From: Lentisphaerae bacterium GWF2_45_14
GTDB taxonomy: Bacteria > Verrucomicrobiota > Lentisphaeria > Victivallales > GWF2-45-14
Length of the DNA: 64,000 nucleotides
Direction: 5' to 3'
NCBI GenBank assembly: GCA_001804785.1
Contig: MHBG01000048.1
Coordinates: 15,439-79,438, forward strand
Positions 45,409 through 56,089 of this stretch are shown here, piece by piece (position 1 is the first letter of the stretch; each line of letters opens with the position of its first letter). The notes beneath the pieces are model-generated. The model was not told the origin of the DNA and did no database searches. It worked only from the letters and a program-made list of their open reading frames with translations. A program made the translations under genes and the position numbers.

Positions 45409-46671
45409 ATGAAAGGATTTGACTGGCAGAATCTTGTCGGCAAAATTCTTGAAGATTTTCTTCTGTCGCAGAGCGAACTTGCTGAACTCTGCCGTGTTTC
45501 TCAACAGGCCGTTTCCAGCTGGAAAAATGGCAGACGCGTACCCGGTATTTATGCGAGAAGAAAACTCCTTGAGATTATAAAGGATTCGGCCGGGAAATCC
45601 ATCGAAAGTCATCGAGAACGCCCAAGTGATGACAGAATAGCGGATTGCGAGGAGAGGAATAAAGCCCTTATTTCCGCGCTTCCCGACCTTCTTTTTATCC
45701 ATACAGCGGATGGAATATTCCTTGATTTTGTGATGAACAGTCCGAATGCTTTTCCTATAGACCCTTCATACTACATAGGCAGAAGCATGAAGGCCTACCT
45801 GCCGCCTCAGATCTTCGAGGAGCTTCTTTCCGCTTTCCGCAGAATACTCTCAAGCGGCGAGATGGAGGTCCGTGAATATTCTCTTTCCCTGGGTGGCTCC
45901 AAATATTGCTTCGAGGCCAGAATGGTCAAGTACGGTCATGGCAAAGTCCTCACCGTGGCACGGGACATTACCGAGAAAAAAAATATAGAAGACATCAAAA
46001 ATGACCTTAATATGATAATGCATCATGACCTTAAGGCTCCCCTTTGCTCGATTGTCGGGATTCCCGGCATTCTTGAACAGGAGCTTTCGCATCTGATGGA
46101 CTCACGCCATTTGGGGCTTCTTCACAGTATCCGGGAGGCAGGCAGCCATATGGCGGACACGGTGAATAATGCCATTAATATATTCCGTATGGAACAAGGT
46201 GTTTTCGAGTTAGTTCCAGAGAATATAAATGTGATTCCTGTCATAAAGCGCATCAATGAGCACCTCTCTTTACTCCTTAAAATACATAAGACGGGCATAG
46301 TCCTTGCCATTGACGGCGAGATTGTTCCATTCAGTTCATCATTTATTGTTCGGACTGAGGAATTGCTTTTCTACTCGCTTGCTTCAAATCTTATTAAAAA
46401 TGCTGTTGAGAATTCCACGCAGGGTTGTGATGTTGTGATAGCCTTTTCACGTACAGACAGGGGCATTGTTATGGAGGTCATTAACAGAGGCCTTGTTTCT
46501 GAAAAGATTAAGGACCGTTTTTTTGAGAAATTCGTCTCTTCCAGAGGGAAAAAAGGCTCGGGAATAGGTACTTACAGTGCTAAGCTTATCGCCGAGGCGC
46601 ATGGTGGTTCCATTTCAATGGAAAGTACCGAAAAGGACGGAACGGTCCTTCGAATCATCCTTCCAGCCTGA
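45409..46671 (+). CDS. XRE-HTH + PAS + histidine kinase
   Basis: LSQSELAELCRVSQQAVSSWKNG; ALPDLLF...VARDITEKK (PAS/PAC); HDLKAPL, NLIKNAVE, FFEKF, GSGIGTY. Confidence 0.85.
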   Translation: MKGFDWQNLVGKILEDFLLSQSELAELCRVSQQAVSSWKNGRRVPGIYARRKLLEIIKDSAGKSIESHRERPSDDRIADCEERNKALISALPDLLFIHTADGIFLDFVMNSPNAFPIDPSYYIGRSMKAYLPPQIFEELLSAFRRILSSGEMEVREYSLSLGGSKYCFEARMVKYGHGKVLTVARDITEKKNIEDIKNDLNMIMHHDLKAPLCSIVGIPGILEQELSHLMDSRHLGLLHSIREAGSHMADTVNNAINIFRMEQGVFELVPENINVIPVIKRINEHLSLLLKIHKTGIVLAIDGEIVPFSSSFIVRTEELLFYSLASNLIKNAVENSTQGCDVVIAFSRTDRGIVMEVINRGLVSEKIKDRFFEKFVSSRGKKGSGIGTYSAKLIAEAHGGSISMESTEKDGTVLRIILPA

Positions 46672-46689
46672 GTTTTTTTTAACCGCCCA

Positions 46690-46736
46690 TTGACAAAAGG
46701 TGGAATCTATATTATGTTATATGTAATGTTGCATAT
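46690..46736 (+). promoter_or_regulatory. Promoter and LacI-type operator
   Basis: TTGACA - 17 nt - TATGTT followed by the imperfect palindrome ATATGTAATGTTGCATAT (46719-46736). Confidence 0.6.
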
Positions 46737-46757
46737 GTATTTTTTGAGGATTCATTT

Positions 46758-47759
46758 ATGGTAAAGCTTAAGGAAATAGCGGAAAGGCTGGAATTGGGTG
46801 TTTCGACCGTTTCGGCTGTACTGAACGGCAAGGACTACTGCTATGTTTCCGCGTTGAAAAAGAAGCTTATAAGGGATACCGCCGAGGAAATGGGCTATAT
46901 TCCCAACCGCATGTCCAGAGGGATGAAGGGGCTTCCTACGCAGACCATCGGAATAATAGCTTCACTTTTTACTGTTCCAATTCAAGGCCGCCTAATCTAT
47001 TCCCTTAATATGGAGCTTGCCAAGGCGGGTTATTCGGCATTGCTCGGTGACTCAAAATCGCAAATGAAAGATGAGAAGGCTATAATCGGCGAGTTTCTTT
47101 CCAGGGGTATTGACGGGATTTTAATCCAGACGACTTATTCCAGGACTGAACTCGAAGCTCTTTTTCACGACCATATTCCATATGTGGTAATAAACAGGGA
47201 ATTCGATGGTACTTCGGTTACCGTCGACAGAGCGCAAGGGGTTTTTATGGCTGTTGAACATCTTGCGACCGTCCATAAGCGCCGGAAGATTGGTTTTGTG
47301 TCCGACGGTTCACTGACAAATCAGCGGAAAACCGAGGGCTACAGGTCCGCCGTCAAAAAAATTGGCATGCAATATGGCGGCGATTATATCATAGAGATTC
47401 CTGACTATATTGAAAATGCCCGCGGGATGGCTGAAAGAGTGGCGGAACTTGGACTTGATGCTGTTTCTGCCTCAAATGATGTAGTTGCGGGGCTTCTAAT
47501 CAAAAATCTCCGGCGTATGGGCAAGCGTATTCCTGAGGACGTGGCGGTAATCGGCTTTGACGGTATTGATTATCTTTGCGAAATGACTGAACCTTCTCTT
47601 ACCTCGGTGAGGCAGCCGATGGAGCAGGTGGCTGAAAAGGCTGTCGAACTATTGTTGGCCCAGATAAAGGGAGAGAAAGTCCCGGAAAAAATGTCCTGTA
47701 TAAAACCAGTTCTTAAAATAGGCGAATCATGCGGATGCGGAAAAGGAGCCACGAAATGA
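46758..47759 (+). CDS. LacI-family transcriptional regulator
   Basis: [21 protein letters not shown]; [12 protein letters not shown]; LTSVRQP. Confidence 0.93.
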   Translation: MVKLKEIAERLELGVSTVSAVLNGKDYCYVSALKKKLIRDTAEEMGYIPNRMSRGMKGLPTQTIGIIASLFTVPIQGRLIYSLNMELAKAGYSALLGDSKSQMKDEKAIIGEFLSRGIDGILIQTTYSRTELEALFHDHIPYVVINREFDGTSVTVDRAQGVFMAVEHLATVHKRRKIGFVSDGSLTNQRKTEGYRSAVKKIGMQYGGDYIIEIPDYIENARGMAERVAELGLDAVSASNDVVAGLLIKNLRRMGKRIPEDVAVIGFDGIDYLCEMTEPSLTSVRQPMEQVAEKAVELLLAQIKGEKVPEKMSCIKPVLKIGESCGCGKGATK

Positions 47760-48496
47760 GGGAAAAGGCCGATTTTACACTTTTGGAACTCTTGATAGTT
47801 ATAGCCATAATAGCGATGCTTGCGGCAATGCTTCTGCCCGCGCTCTCAAGAGCCAAGGAAGCATCCAGAGCGACTGCCTGCCAGGGAAGTTTGAGGCAAT
47901 TTGCATACGGCGCAATCCAATATTCAGGCGACTACAACGATTATACTTTGACTTATACAAATTCCACAAGCACGTCTTCTTCTGATAATTATTCGTGGTA
48001 TCATTCAATCGGCCTTTACCTGGGACTTGGAAATAACTTTGCCGAAGTCAATAAAAAATTTACCACGCACAACACTCTTTATGTATGTCCCAGCCATCGC
48101 TGGCGTGAAGGATCTTATCCTAACGTACGGGGATACTATGGACGCGGATATGGAATCAACTATCACTTTGCTTCTACGTGTATAACCGATTACTTTTTGG
48201 ACGGGGGGATGCTTCCAAAAACATCAATGGTTAAATATCCGTCTGAGCTGATTTATTTCCTCGAATCAGACAATCCTTCGGTATTAAATTCCCATCAGTA
48301 CAAAATCTATGGGGATACCGCTACGACCTGGAAAATGAATGACGATGGCTATTACATTGAAAAAGCCTGGCACAACGGTTATCCTAACCAGCTCTATTTT
48401 GACGGTCATATAGCTAAAGCCAAATGGTACTCGATTCCCGGGTCAATAGAAGGCGGTTTGAGAATATGGTATCTTGACGGAGTCGGCGGACGTTGA
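47756..48496 (+). CDS. Prepilin-type N-terminal cleavage protein with H-X9-DG motif (DUF1559-like)
   Basis: [29 protein letters not shown]; [13 protein letters not shown]; family expanded in PVC bacteria. Confidence 0.88.
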   Translation: MREKADFTLLELLIVIAIIAMLAAMLLPALSRAKEASRATACQGSLRQFAYGAIQYSGDYNDYTLTYTNSTSTSSSDNYSWYHSIGLYLGLGNNFAEVNKKFTTHNTLYVCPSHRWREGSYPNVRGYYGRGYGINYHFASTCITDYFLDGGMLPKTSMVKYPSELIYFLESDNPSVLNSHQYKIYGDTATTWKMNDDGYYIEKAWHNGYPNQLYFDGHIAKAKWYSIPGSIEGGLRIWYLDGVGGR

Positions 48497-48530
48497 ATTT
48501 AAAAATAAAAAACCAGAGAAAGGAAATAAT

Positions 48531-51293
48531 ATGCGGTTAACGATGAGCGGATCCACTGGCCTCCTGATAATGGCGGCCGCGTTCGGAATGGTGTCGTGCA
48601 GTCAGAGTATACCCGAAATGAAGATAACTACAGCGCCGCGGGAGGCACTTAAGCTTGTAAAATACCCGTCAAAGGATGCTCCTGTTCCTGAGGGATTTAA
48701 GGAGAATCCCTTTGTCGAGACAAACCCTGAAATTGTTCCGACCGCACAGGAAAATGAGCTTGGCTTTATCATCTTCAGCCGACCAGTTACCGAGACGGTT
48801 TATCCCCAGTCGATTCCGCTTCCGGATGAACGGATTTCCTCGCTTTCAGCATTCGGGACTCCGGGTGAGTTCGAGCCCGTGACGTTTACGCTTTATCCTC
48901 TTAAAGAGCTCCAGGACATAAGGGTCGAAGCGTCTGCTTTAAGCTCCGGGAAAAATGTAATCGCGCCCGAAAATATTGATACGAGGCTCGTTGTTTACAG
49001 GAACATCAATTATCCTCATTATACGACTAACGGTGTTTATCGCCGTATGCCGGAACTTCTTGAGAAAGTGACGCTTAACAATGCTCAGGCGAAAGAGTGT
49101 CAGCGCTACTGGCTGAAGATAAAAGTGCCTGAAAGCGCGGCTCCCGGCCTTTACAGCGGCACGGTAAACATTTCATACAAGGGATCAGAAAAGGCTCTTT
49201 CGGTCCCCGTGAGTTTTAGAGTGCTCTCCTTCAAGCTTCTGAAAGACCCGGATAAGCACTATACCGCCTACAATTATGATGTTTTCAGGGCTTATAAAAA
49301 GAAGCCTTTGAAATGGCAGGAAAATGCGGCCCGGAACGATTACAAGGCCATGGTCGAGTATGGATTCGATACCTTTCCCACCATCTATCTGTCCTATGAC
49401 GGAAAGACCAATTCCTTTTTCGTGGATAACGGCGACTTCATGATTAAACAGATAATGGATGCGGGAATGAAAGGCCCTGTGCCGGCTCCGGGTATTGGCG
49501 GATTTTACTATGCACAAACGAAAAAGACAATGGGTCCCCACCATAAAATTGATGAAATGCCGCCAGCGGATTTCTATGTCAAGCTTACGGAGGCCGTTAA
49601 GAATTTCGAAAAGGTAAGGAAGGAAAAAGGCTGGCCTGAATTCATCTATGTGCCGCTCGATGAAGTCGATGCAAACTCGAAGGAATTCGGGGAAAAAGTA
49701 TATAAGGCATTTAAGGATGCCGGGGTCAGAACCTATGCTACGAAAGACCCCATATCTCCAGATGCAGGTGATTATGCGGCGAATGTCGATTTCTGGTGCA
49801 GTCAGCCTTTTTCAATTCCTTATGAAAAGGCAGCTTTTGATAAAACACACGGTTACTGGTGTTATCCGAATCACAACAGCTATGAGATAAAGATTCCTGA
49901 CGTCATGTGTCGCGGGGGCCGTATGACTTACGGATTCGGCCTCTGGCGCTCCGGCTATACTCTGCTGATTCCATGGATATGGAGAAGTTATGTCCAGGAC
50001 TATCTGCGTGTCGCTTCTTCCGGAGGGAATTTCGCGGATGAGGATGGTAATATCGTCCCGACACCGTACTGGGAATGTTTCCGCGAGGGCTATGACGATC
50101 TGAGATACCTCTATACGCTTCAGACCGCGATTGTACAGCGGGAAAATTCGAAGGACGCCGCCTGTCTCAAGCTCGTAAAAGAGGGCAGGGCGCTTCTTCA
50201 GAAAATATGGGACGCTATAAACGTTCAGCCTAAATATCTGGGAAATAATGTATGGAACCCCGAGGAATTCAATATATACAGATGGCAGATGGCGGAAATG
50301 ACGGAAAATCTCCTCAAATATCCAGCATCTAATAAATCTCCCGCGCCCTCTGTAATAGTCGATACAGGCAAAGGCGCCGCTGCTTCCGGGGACTTTCTGG
50401 AAGAGCAGGCCCGTAAAGGCAATACCATCATAAAAGACCTTGGAGATGAAGACTTTACCTCGTGGAATAATTCTGGTACTGAAGGCGCCCTTTCCGTAAC
50501 TGAGAAGTTCAAGCATTCCGGCAACAAGTCATTGCTCTTTGACGTGACAGTAGATCACAAGAAAGACGGCGGCGGCGAAAACGGCAAGTACCCTATAGGC
50601 TGGCCACGCTTTCTCATCTCTTTTCCCGGAAAAGGTCTTGACCTGACAGAGTATAACTATATATCGATGTGGGTACTGGTGGATTCCGAAAGAGACGAGG
50701 TCGCTGACGATTTTTCACCGTTTTATATTTCAATAACATCTTCAGTCAGACGTAATTTTTTCGGAAAGGATATTATCTCGCAGGTGGAACAGCGCGAATG
50801 GACACATATACTCCTTCCGATAAATGAGCAGATAAGTTCAAAGGAAGATCTGGACGGCTGGAAGCACGTAAGCGCCATCCAATTCGGGATATCCGAAGGC
50901 AAATATGCGGACGGGACAAACATCCGATTCTATGTTGATGGTATTTCTTTGATAAAATTAAAGAATCCGACAATATTTTCGATTGACGCGCCGTCCGCTG
51001 TCCTTCTTCCGGCCAAGACTCTTGCCCTGCCGTGTTCTTTAATGGGAGTCGATAGGGAAAAGGCAAAGGAATACTTGCTTGATATAAATCTCCTTGATTC
51101 CAAGGGAAAAAGCATCTGCAACGTATCCTCGGGAGTGGCAAGAAGCCTGCGCGCGGTGATGGATGTTTCGGCCCTTAAAACTCCTGGATATTATACACTT
51201 CAGGCTGATTTGAAAGAGAAGAAAAGCGGTAAAATCTTTTCTTCCTATAAAAAAGAGCTGGATGTTATTAATTCCCCCGTTGTCGCTGAATAG
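48531..51293 (+). CDS. Putative lipoprotein glycoside hydrolase-like protein (GH123/DUF4091-like) with CBM-like C-terminus
   Basis: Lipobox MVSC; GEFEPVTF, YWLKIKVP..APGLYSG, PLDE, WECFREGYDDLRYL. Confidence 0.55.
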   Translation: MRLTMSGSTGLLIMAAAFGMVSCSQSIPEMKITTAPREALKLVKYPSKDAPVPEGFKENPFVETNPEIVPTAQENELGFIIFSRPVTETVYPQSIPLPDERISSLSAFGTPGEFEPVTFTLYPLKELQDIRVEASALSSGKNVIAPENIDTRLVVYRNINYPHYTTNGVYRRMPELLEKVTLNNAQAKECQRYWLKIKVPESAAPGLYSGTVNISYKGSEKALSVPVSFRVLSFKLLKDPDKHYTAYNYDVFRAYKKKPLKWQENAARNDYKAMVEYGFDTFPTIYLSYDGKTNSFFVDNGDFMIKQIMDAGMKGPVPAPGIGGFYYAQTKKTMGPHHKIDEMPPADFYVKLTEAVKNFEKVRKEKGWPEFIYVPLDEVDANSKEFGEKVYKAFKDAGVRTYATKDPISPDAGDYAANVDFWCSQPFSIPYEKAAFDKTHGYWCYPNHNSYEIKIPDVMCRGGRMTYGFGLWRSGYTLLIPWIWRSYVQDYLRVASSGGNFADEDGNIVPTPYWECFREGYDDLRYLYTLQTAIVQRENSKDAACLKLVKEGRALLQKIWDAINVQPKYLGNNVWNPEEFNIYRWQMAEMTENLLKYPASNKSPAPSVIVDTGKGAAASGDFLEEQARKGNTIIKDLGDEDFTSWNNSGTEGALSVTEKFKHSGNKSLLFDVTVDHKKDGGGENGKYPIGWPRFLISFPGKGLDLTEYNYISMWVLVDSERDEVADDFSPFYISITSSVRRNFFGKDIISQVEQREWTHILLPINEQISSKEDLDGWKHVSAIQFGISEGKYADGTNIRFYVDGISLIKLKNPTIFSIDAPSAVLLPAKTLALPCSLMGVDREKAKEYLLDINLLDSKGKSICNVSSGVARSLRAVMDVSALKTPGYYTLQADLKEKKSGKIFSSYKKELDVINSPVVAE

Positions 51294-51372
51294 CCTTTTA
51301 AAACTTTTTCCATAGCTTGCCGAATGCATGAGTCTATGTTAGATTGTAGATTCAATAAACCCCGGTGGAGTT

Positions 51373-51720
51373 ATGGAAAAAGTTACTTCAAATATCTGCA
51401 AGACCAAAGACATCGGAACCTATGGAAACCTCTTCGGCGGCGTGATGCTGGCGTGGGTTGACGAGGCTGCTGGTATATATGCCATGAAAAAGACCGGCGA
51501 AAAGCATATGGTTACATTGCGTTTCGGAGAAGTCCTTTTCAGAAAACCCGTAAAAGTCGGCGATATTGTCGAATTCTATTGCGGGAATGGAAAAGTCGGA
51601 AACAGCAGTTTTTCTTTCGATATAAAGGCGGTGGTTGACGGGATCGATGTTTTTTCAACGGACTGTACCCTCGTGGCTCTTGATTCTGAGGGCAGGCCTA
51701 AAACGATAGACCAAAAATGA
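51373..51720 (+). CDS. Acyl-CoA thioesterase (hot-dog fold)
   Basis: GNLFGGVMLAWVDEAA, FRKPVKVGD. Confidence 0.85.
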   Translation: MEKVTSNICKTKDIGTYGNLFGGVMLAWVDEAAGIYAMKKTGEKHMVTLRFGEVLFRKPVKVGDIVEFYCGNGKVGNSSFSFDIKAVVDGIDVFSTDCTLVALDSEGRPKTIDQK

Positions 51721-51769
51721 AAAAAAATGCCGCGCGGAATTATCCTTGCATTTTGAGAAAGGTGGCAAA

Positions 51770-52783
51770 GTGATTATAATACTCAAGCCCGGCGCGCTAA
51801 AGGAAGATGCCGATACCATACTCAAGAAGATAAAGTCCGAGGGGTTGAAACCCTTGTACATGCCCGGTACGGAGCGTACCGTGATCGGAGCTATCGGCGA
51901 TGAGCGCAAGCTGGGAAAGTGTCATTTCGAGAATTATCCATGCGTAGAGAAGATTACGCAGGTGCTTTCACCGTATAAACTTGTCAGTCGTGAGGTACAT
52001 TCAGGGAACACCGTTGTAAAAATAGGCAAGGCAAAGATTGGCGGCAAAAAGATTGTCGTGATGGCCGGGCCTTGCGCTATTGAATCTTTCGATCAGATGC
52101 TTGCCACGGCTAATATCGTCAAGTCTGCCGGAGCGGAAGTACTCAGGGGAGGGGCGTTTAAGCCGAGGACAAGTCCTTACGCCTTTCAAGGGTTAGGTCT
52201 CGAGGGACTAAAGATACTTAAGGATGTTTCTCGGGAGACGGGGCTTCCTACTATAACCGAAGTGGTTGAAGTCGCTGATGTTGAAACTGTTTCCAATTAT
52301 GCTGACGCCTTCCAGGTAGGCGCGCGGAACATGCAGAACTTCAGGCTTCTCAAGGAGCTTGGCCAAGCGCGTAAGCCGGTTGTGCTCAAGAGGGGGATGG
52401 CGGCAACACTCGAAGATCTTCTGCTTGCGGCTGAGTATATTGTAGCAGAAGGAAATCCGAATGTCATTTTCTGTGAGCGCGGAATAAGGACTTTCGAGAC
52501 GGCGACAAGGAATACGCTCGATCTTGCGGCCGTCCCGCACCTGAAGAAAAAAAGCCATCTTCCGGTAATTGTCGACCCGTCGCACGGCACGGGCGTAAGG
52601 GACTATGTCGCTCCGATGTCTGCGGCCGCGATAGCTTGCGGAGCCGACGGAGTGATAGTGGAAGTTCATGTACATCCAGAAGCCGCTCTTTCGGATGGTC
52701 AGCAGTCGCTGAACGCGGAAGAATTTTCAGAACTGATGAAAAAGTTGAGACTCTTCGCCGCTGCCGCGGGAAGAGAATTGTGA
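51770..52783 (+). CDS. aroF: DAHP synthase, type I-beta
   Basis: [36 protein letters not shown]; N-terminal regulatory domain. Confidence 0.93.
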   Translation: MIIILKPGALKEDADTILKKIKSEGLKPLYMPGTERTVIGAIGDERKLGKCHFENYPCVEKITQVLSPYKLVSREVHSGNTVVKIGKAKIGGKKIVVMAGPCAIESFDQMLATANIVKSAGAEVLRGGAFKPRTSPYAFQGLGLEGLKILKDVSRETGLPTITEVVEVADVETVSNYADAFQVGARNMQNFRLLKELGQARKPVVLKRGMAATLEDLLLAAEYIVAEGNPNVIFCERGIRTFETATRNTLDLAAVPHLKKKSHLPVIVDPSHGTGVRDYVAPMSAAAIACGADGVIVEVHVHPEAALSDGQQSLNAEEFSELMKKLRLFAAAAGREL

Positions 52784-52815
52784 GAGGCATATTGCAACGA
52801 AAGGCTTAGTTCGTA

Positions 52816-53476
52816 ATGACAAAATCCATAATGTCGGGCAATGAGGCGATAGCGCTCGGCGCTTTCGAGGCAGGGGTGAAGGTTGCCGTCGGTTATCCAG
52901 GAACGCCTTCTACGGAGATTCTGGAGAACCTCTGCAGGTACCAAAGGCGTCAACAGCGAATGGTCTGTAAATGAGAAGGTAGCGCTGGAAGTCGGGATTG
53001 GCGCCGCGCTCGCGGGAGCGAGGACGCTTGTTACGATGAAGCATGTCGGAGTCAATGTCGCGGCCGACCCTCTTTTCACCGTGGCGTATACGGGAATCAA
53101 GGGAGGGCTCGTGATTATCACTGCCGACAATCCCGAGATGCATTCTTCCCAGAATGAGCAGGATAACCGTCATTATGCGAGAGCGGCGAAAATTCCCATG
53201 CTTGAACCGGCTGATTCCGCCGAAGCTAAAGAATTTACGAAGATTGCTTTTGAGATGAGCGAAAAATATGATACGCCTGTTTTTATCAGGACGACTACAA
53301 GAATAGCTCATTCGATGTCGCTTCTCGAAAAGGGTAAGCGCAAGGAGCTGCCGGTCGATGGTTTCGTTCGCAATCTGAGAAAATATGTGATGGTTCCAGC
53401 CAACGCTCGGGCGCGTCATAAATTCGTCGAGGACCGCATGGAAAGGCTTTCGAAGGATGCGGACTTGATGAAGATC
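52816..53476 (+). pseudogene. iorA: Indolepyruvate:ferredoxin oxidoreductase alpha, frameshifted and truncated
   Basis: MSGNEAIA...[10 protein letters not shown] in one frame and [11 protein letters not shown]...MKHVGVNVAADP...SSQNEQDNR in the next (+1 shift near 52941); ends after ~220 codons at a palindrome. Confidence 0.88.
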
Positions 53477-53514
53477 AGTCAATCACCTCCGGCTGAAGCC
53501 GGAGGTAATTGACT
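53477..53514. repeat. 38-bp near-perfect palindrome at the iorA/iorB junction
   Basis: AGTCAATCACCTCCGGC-TGAA-GCCGGAGGTAATTGACT, 16 of 17 pairs. Confidence 0.9.
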
Positions 53515-54033
53515 CTTTCCAGCGATATCCTTTCCCGCGCGGCGCTTAACGAGGGATTCGATGTCAAGAAAAGCGAAATACACGGGATGAGCCAGCGCGG
53601 CGGTTCCGTATTTAGCCACATAAGGTATGGGGGGAAAGTTTTTTCACCCGTAATTCCTGATGGTGAGGCAGACATACTTCTTTCGCTTGAGGAAATGGAA
53701 ACTTTAAGGTGGACTTCCTTTGCCTCGCCGGATACTCAGGTCATATGTATGAACGACCAGATACTTCCACTGGGATTGGAGACTTATCCTGAAGGTATCG
53801 GCAAGGCGCTGAAGAAGTCCTTTAAGAAACTATCTATTATTGACGCGGCGAGTTTCAGAAAGTCATTGGAAAACCCAAAGATCATGAATGTCGCCCTTCT
53901 TGGAATAGTTTCGAACTATCTTGAAATATCTGCCTCAGCGTGGAAGCGCGCCATAGAATCTTCTGTTCCTAAAGGTACGGAAAAGCTTAACCTGAGAGCA
54001 TTTGAAACAGGGAAAAAATATCCTTTGGAGTAA
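53509..54033 (+). pseudogene. iorB: Indolepyruvate oxidoreductase beta, lacking its N-terminus
   Basis: SEIHGMSQRGGSVFSHIR present; the expected GVGGQG start is absent and an in-frame TAA lies at 53506. Confidence 0.8.
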
Positions 54034-54040
54034 TGTTGAA

Positions 54041-55342
54041 ATGATCTGGAACAAAGAAATGGAAACCATGTCCCAGGGTGAGCTTAGGTGCCGCCAGGGA
54101 GAAAATCTTGTAAAACTGGTCAACACTCTTTACGGGAAGGTCCCATTTTACCGGAGGAAAATGGAGGAGAAAGGCATCAGCCCTTCTGACGTGAGCAGCA
54201 TTGACGATATAAGTCTTCTTCCGTTTACGACAAAAGACGAGATGCGCGAGGTTTATCCGTATGGATTGCTTTCGGTGGAAAAACGCGAGATCGTGGAAGT
54301 GCATATGTCGTCCGGCACTACCGGCAAATCGGTAGTCGATGCGTACACAAAAAATGATATTGATATATGGGGCGAAGTCATGGCCCGCACACTTTCCATG
54401 GGTGGCACCACATCCGACGATATCGTTCAGAACGCCTTCGGCTACGGGCTTTTTACGGGCGGGTTCGGGGTTCATTATGGAGCGGGGAAAATCGGTGCGA
54501 CGGTATTGCCAATTTCCGGCGGCAACACGAAGCGGCAGATTGATGTTATGCTCGACTTCGGTTCGACCGTGATAACATGTACTCCGTCCTACAGTCTTTA
54601 TCTTGCAGAATTCGGAAAGGAAGAAGGCGTAGATTTTTCGAAACTCAAGCTCAGGGCGGGATTTTTCGGTGCGGAGCCGTGGAGCGAGAGCATGAGAGAA
54701 GAAATAGAATCGAAACTTCATCTTAAAGCCTTTGATATATATGGGCTTACGGAAATTATCGGGCCAGGCGTGGCCGCCGAGTGCGAATTCCATAACGGAC
54801 TCCATATCTTTGAAGATCATTTCTACCCTGAGATAATAAGTCAGGAAACCGGCGAACCCGTTAAAGAAGGCGAAAAAGGCGAGCTTGTCATAACTACGCT
54901 TACAAAAACGGGGACGCCTATACTCCGTTATCGCACGAGGGACATTACATATTTTATCAATGAAAAATGTCCATGCGGACGCACCCTGAGAAAAATGCAC
55001 CGTCTGCTCGGAAGAACTGACGATATGCTCATAATAAGGGGCGTAAATATCTTCCCGTCACAGATAGAGCAGGTACTTTTCCGTATCGAAGGTGTTGAGC
55101 CGCATTATCAGCTGATTGTCGAGAGGAAAGGCCATCTGGATACACTCGAAGTCCAGGTTGAAATGAACGAGGCTATTTTCTCCGATGAAATAAGGAGGCT
55201 TGAATCGCTCGAACGCAATATGGAAAAAGAGCTTCACTCCAATCTCGGGATACATGCCAAAGTCAAACTTGTCGAACCCAAGTCCATATCGAGAAGTGAA
55301 GGCAAGGCTAAGCGAATAATTGACAAGAGAAACTTGAGATAA
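54041..55342 (+). CDS. paaK: Phenylacetate-CoA ligase
   Basis: [51 protein letters not shown]. Confidence 0.93.
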   Translation: MIWNKEMETMSQGELRCRQGENLVKLVNTLYGKVPFYRRKMEEKGISPSDVSSIDDISLLPFTTKDEMREVYPYGLLSVEKREIVEVHMSSGTTGKSVVDAYTKNDIDIWGEVMARTLSMGGTTSDDIVQNAFGYGLFTGGFGVHYGAGKIGATVLPISGGNTKRQIDVMLDFGSTVITCTPSYSLYLAEFGKEEGVDFSKLKLRAGFFGAEPWSESMREEIESKLHLKAFDIYGLTEIIGPGVAAECEFHNGLHIFEDHFYPEIISQETGEPVKEGEKGELVITTLTKTGTPILRYRTRDITYFINEKCPCGRTLRKMHRLLGRTDDMLIIRGVNIFPSQIEQVLFRIEGVEPHYQLIVERKGHLDTLEVQVEMNEAIFSDEIRRLESLERNMEKELHSNLGIHAKVKLVEPKSISRSEGKAKRIIDKRNLR

Positions 55343-55361
55343 AAAGGGGAGGATTTCCGCG

Positions 55362-55793
55362 ATGATAATAAAACAGCTTTCAATATTTCTGGAAAATAAA
55401 ACGGGCAGGGTCTGTGACATAGCGTCGATACTCGGAGACAATAATATAAACATACGGGCTCTTTCGCTGGCGGATACTTCCGACTTCGGAATAATGCGTC
55501 TTATCGTTGACAAGCCGGATGCCGCACTGGCAAGGCTCAAGGAAAGGGGATTTTCCGTGGGGATAACGTCCGTCGCGGCGGTAGAAATCCCCGATGTTCC
55601 GGGCGGGCTTGCCTCTGTCATGAAGACCATTGAGAGCGGTGGTTTCAATATCGAATACATGTACGCATTTGTAGAAAAATCGCACGACAACGCGATTCTT
55701 ATTATGCGCTTTGAAAATGTCGAGAATGTAGTCGACAAGCTTTATGAAAAAGGCGTCAGGGTATTGAAGGAAAAAGAAGTGCTTTCACTCTGA
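55362..55793 (+). CDS. Double ACT-domain protein
   Basis: QLSIFLENKTGR...INIRALSLADTSDFG...NIEYMYAF; usual neighbour of paaK. Confidence 0.9.
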   Translation: MIIKQLSIFLENKTGRVCDIASILGDNNINIRALSLADTSDFGIMRLIVDKPDAALARLKERGFSVGITSVAAVEIPDVPGGLASVMKTIESGGFNIEYMYAFVEKSHDNAILIMRFENVENVVDKLYEKGVRVLKEKEVLSL

Positions 55794-56060
55794 TGGAAAC
55801 AATACCGGAAGTCATACTCAAGCGTGGACGCGAACACAATATTCTGAAGCGTCATCCGTGGATATTTGTCAGGGTGCGATTGCGGAACTGAAAGCGGAGC
55901 AACCGCCCGTTTCCGGCGAATGGCGGCGACACCCCGGGCTTTCAGTGTGTATGCCCTTGCCGCCGGCGCCGGACAGAATGCAAGAATAGTTCAGCGTCTT
56001 TTTCAGGCACCAGATTATCCTGTCCCCGTATCATTTCCAGAAGACCTTTGTCCTCAAGCT
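55793..56060 (+). pseudogene. rlmI: RlmI-like rRNA methyltransferase remnant with large internal deletion
   Basis: Start METIPEVILKRGREHNILKRHPWIF then shifted GAI; about 100 bp later the C-terminal-like ARIVQRLFQAPDYPVPVSFPE. Confidence 0.7.
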
Positions 56061-56089
56061 GTACGGCACCGAGTAAACGGTGTTTGTCC

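Noticed and set aside
52883-52940. ORF-track start of the 209-aa IorA-like ORF, or a programmed frameshift
   Set aside because: The true start is at 52816 in another frame; there is no slippery sequence and the gene is also truncated, so a pseudogene is simpler.
53987-55000. 337-aa antisense ORF and the many other short overlapping ORFs in the track
   Set aside because: They shadow well-supported genes on the other strand or frame and show no motifs.
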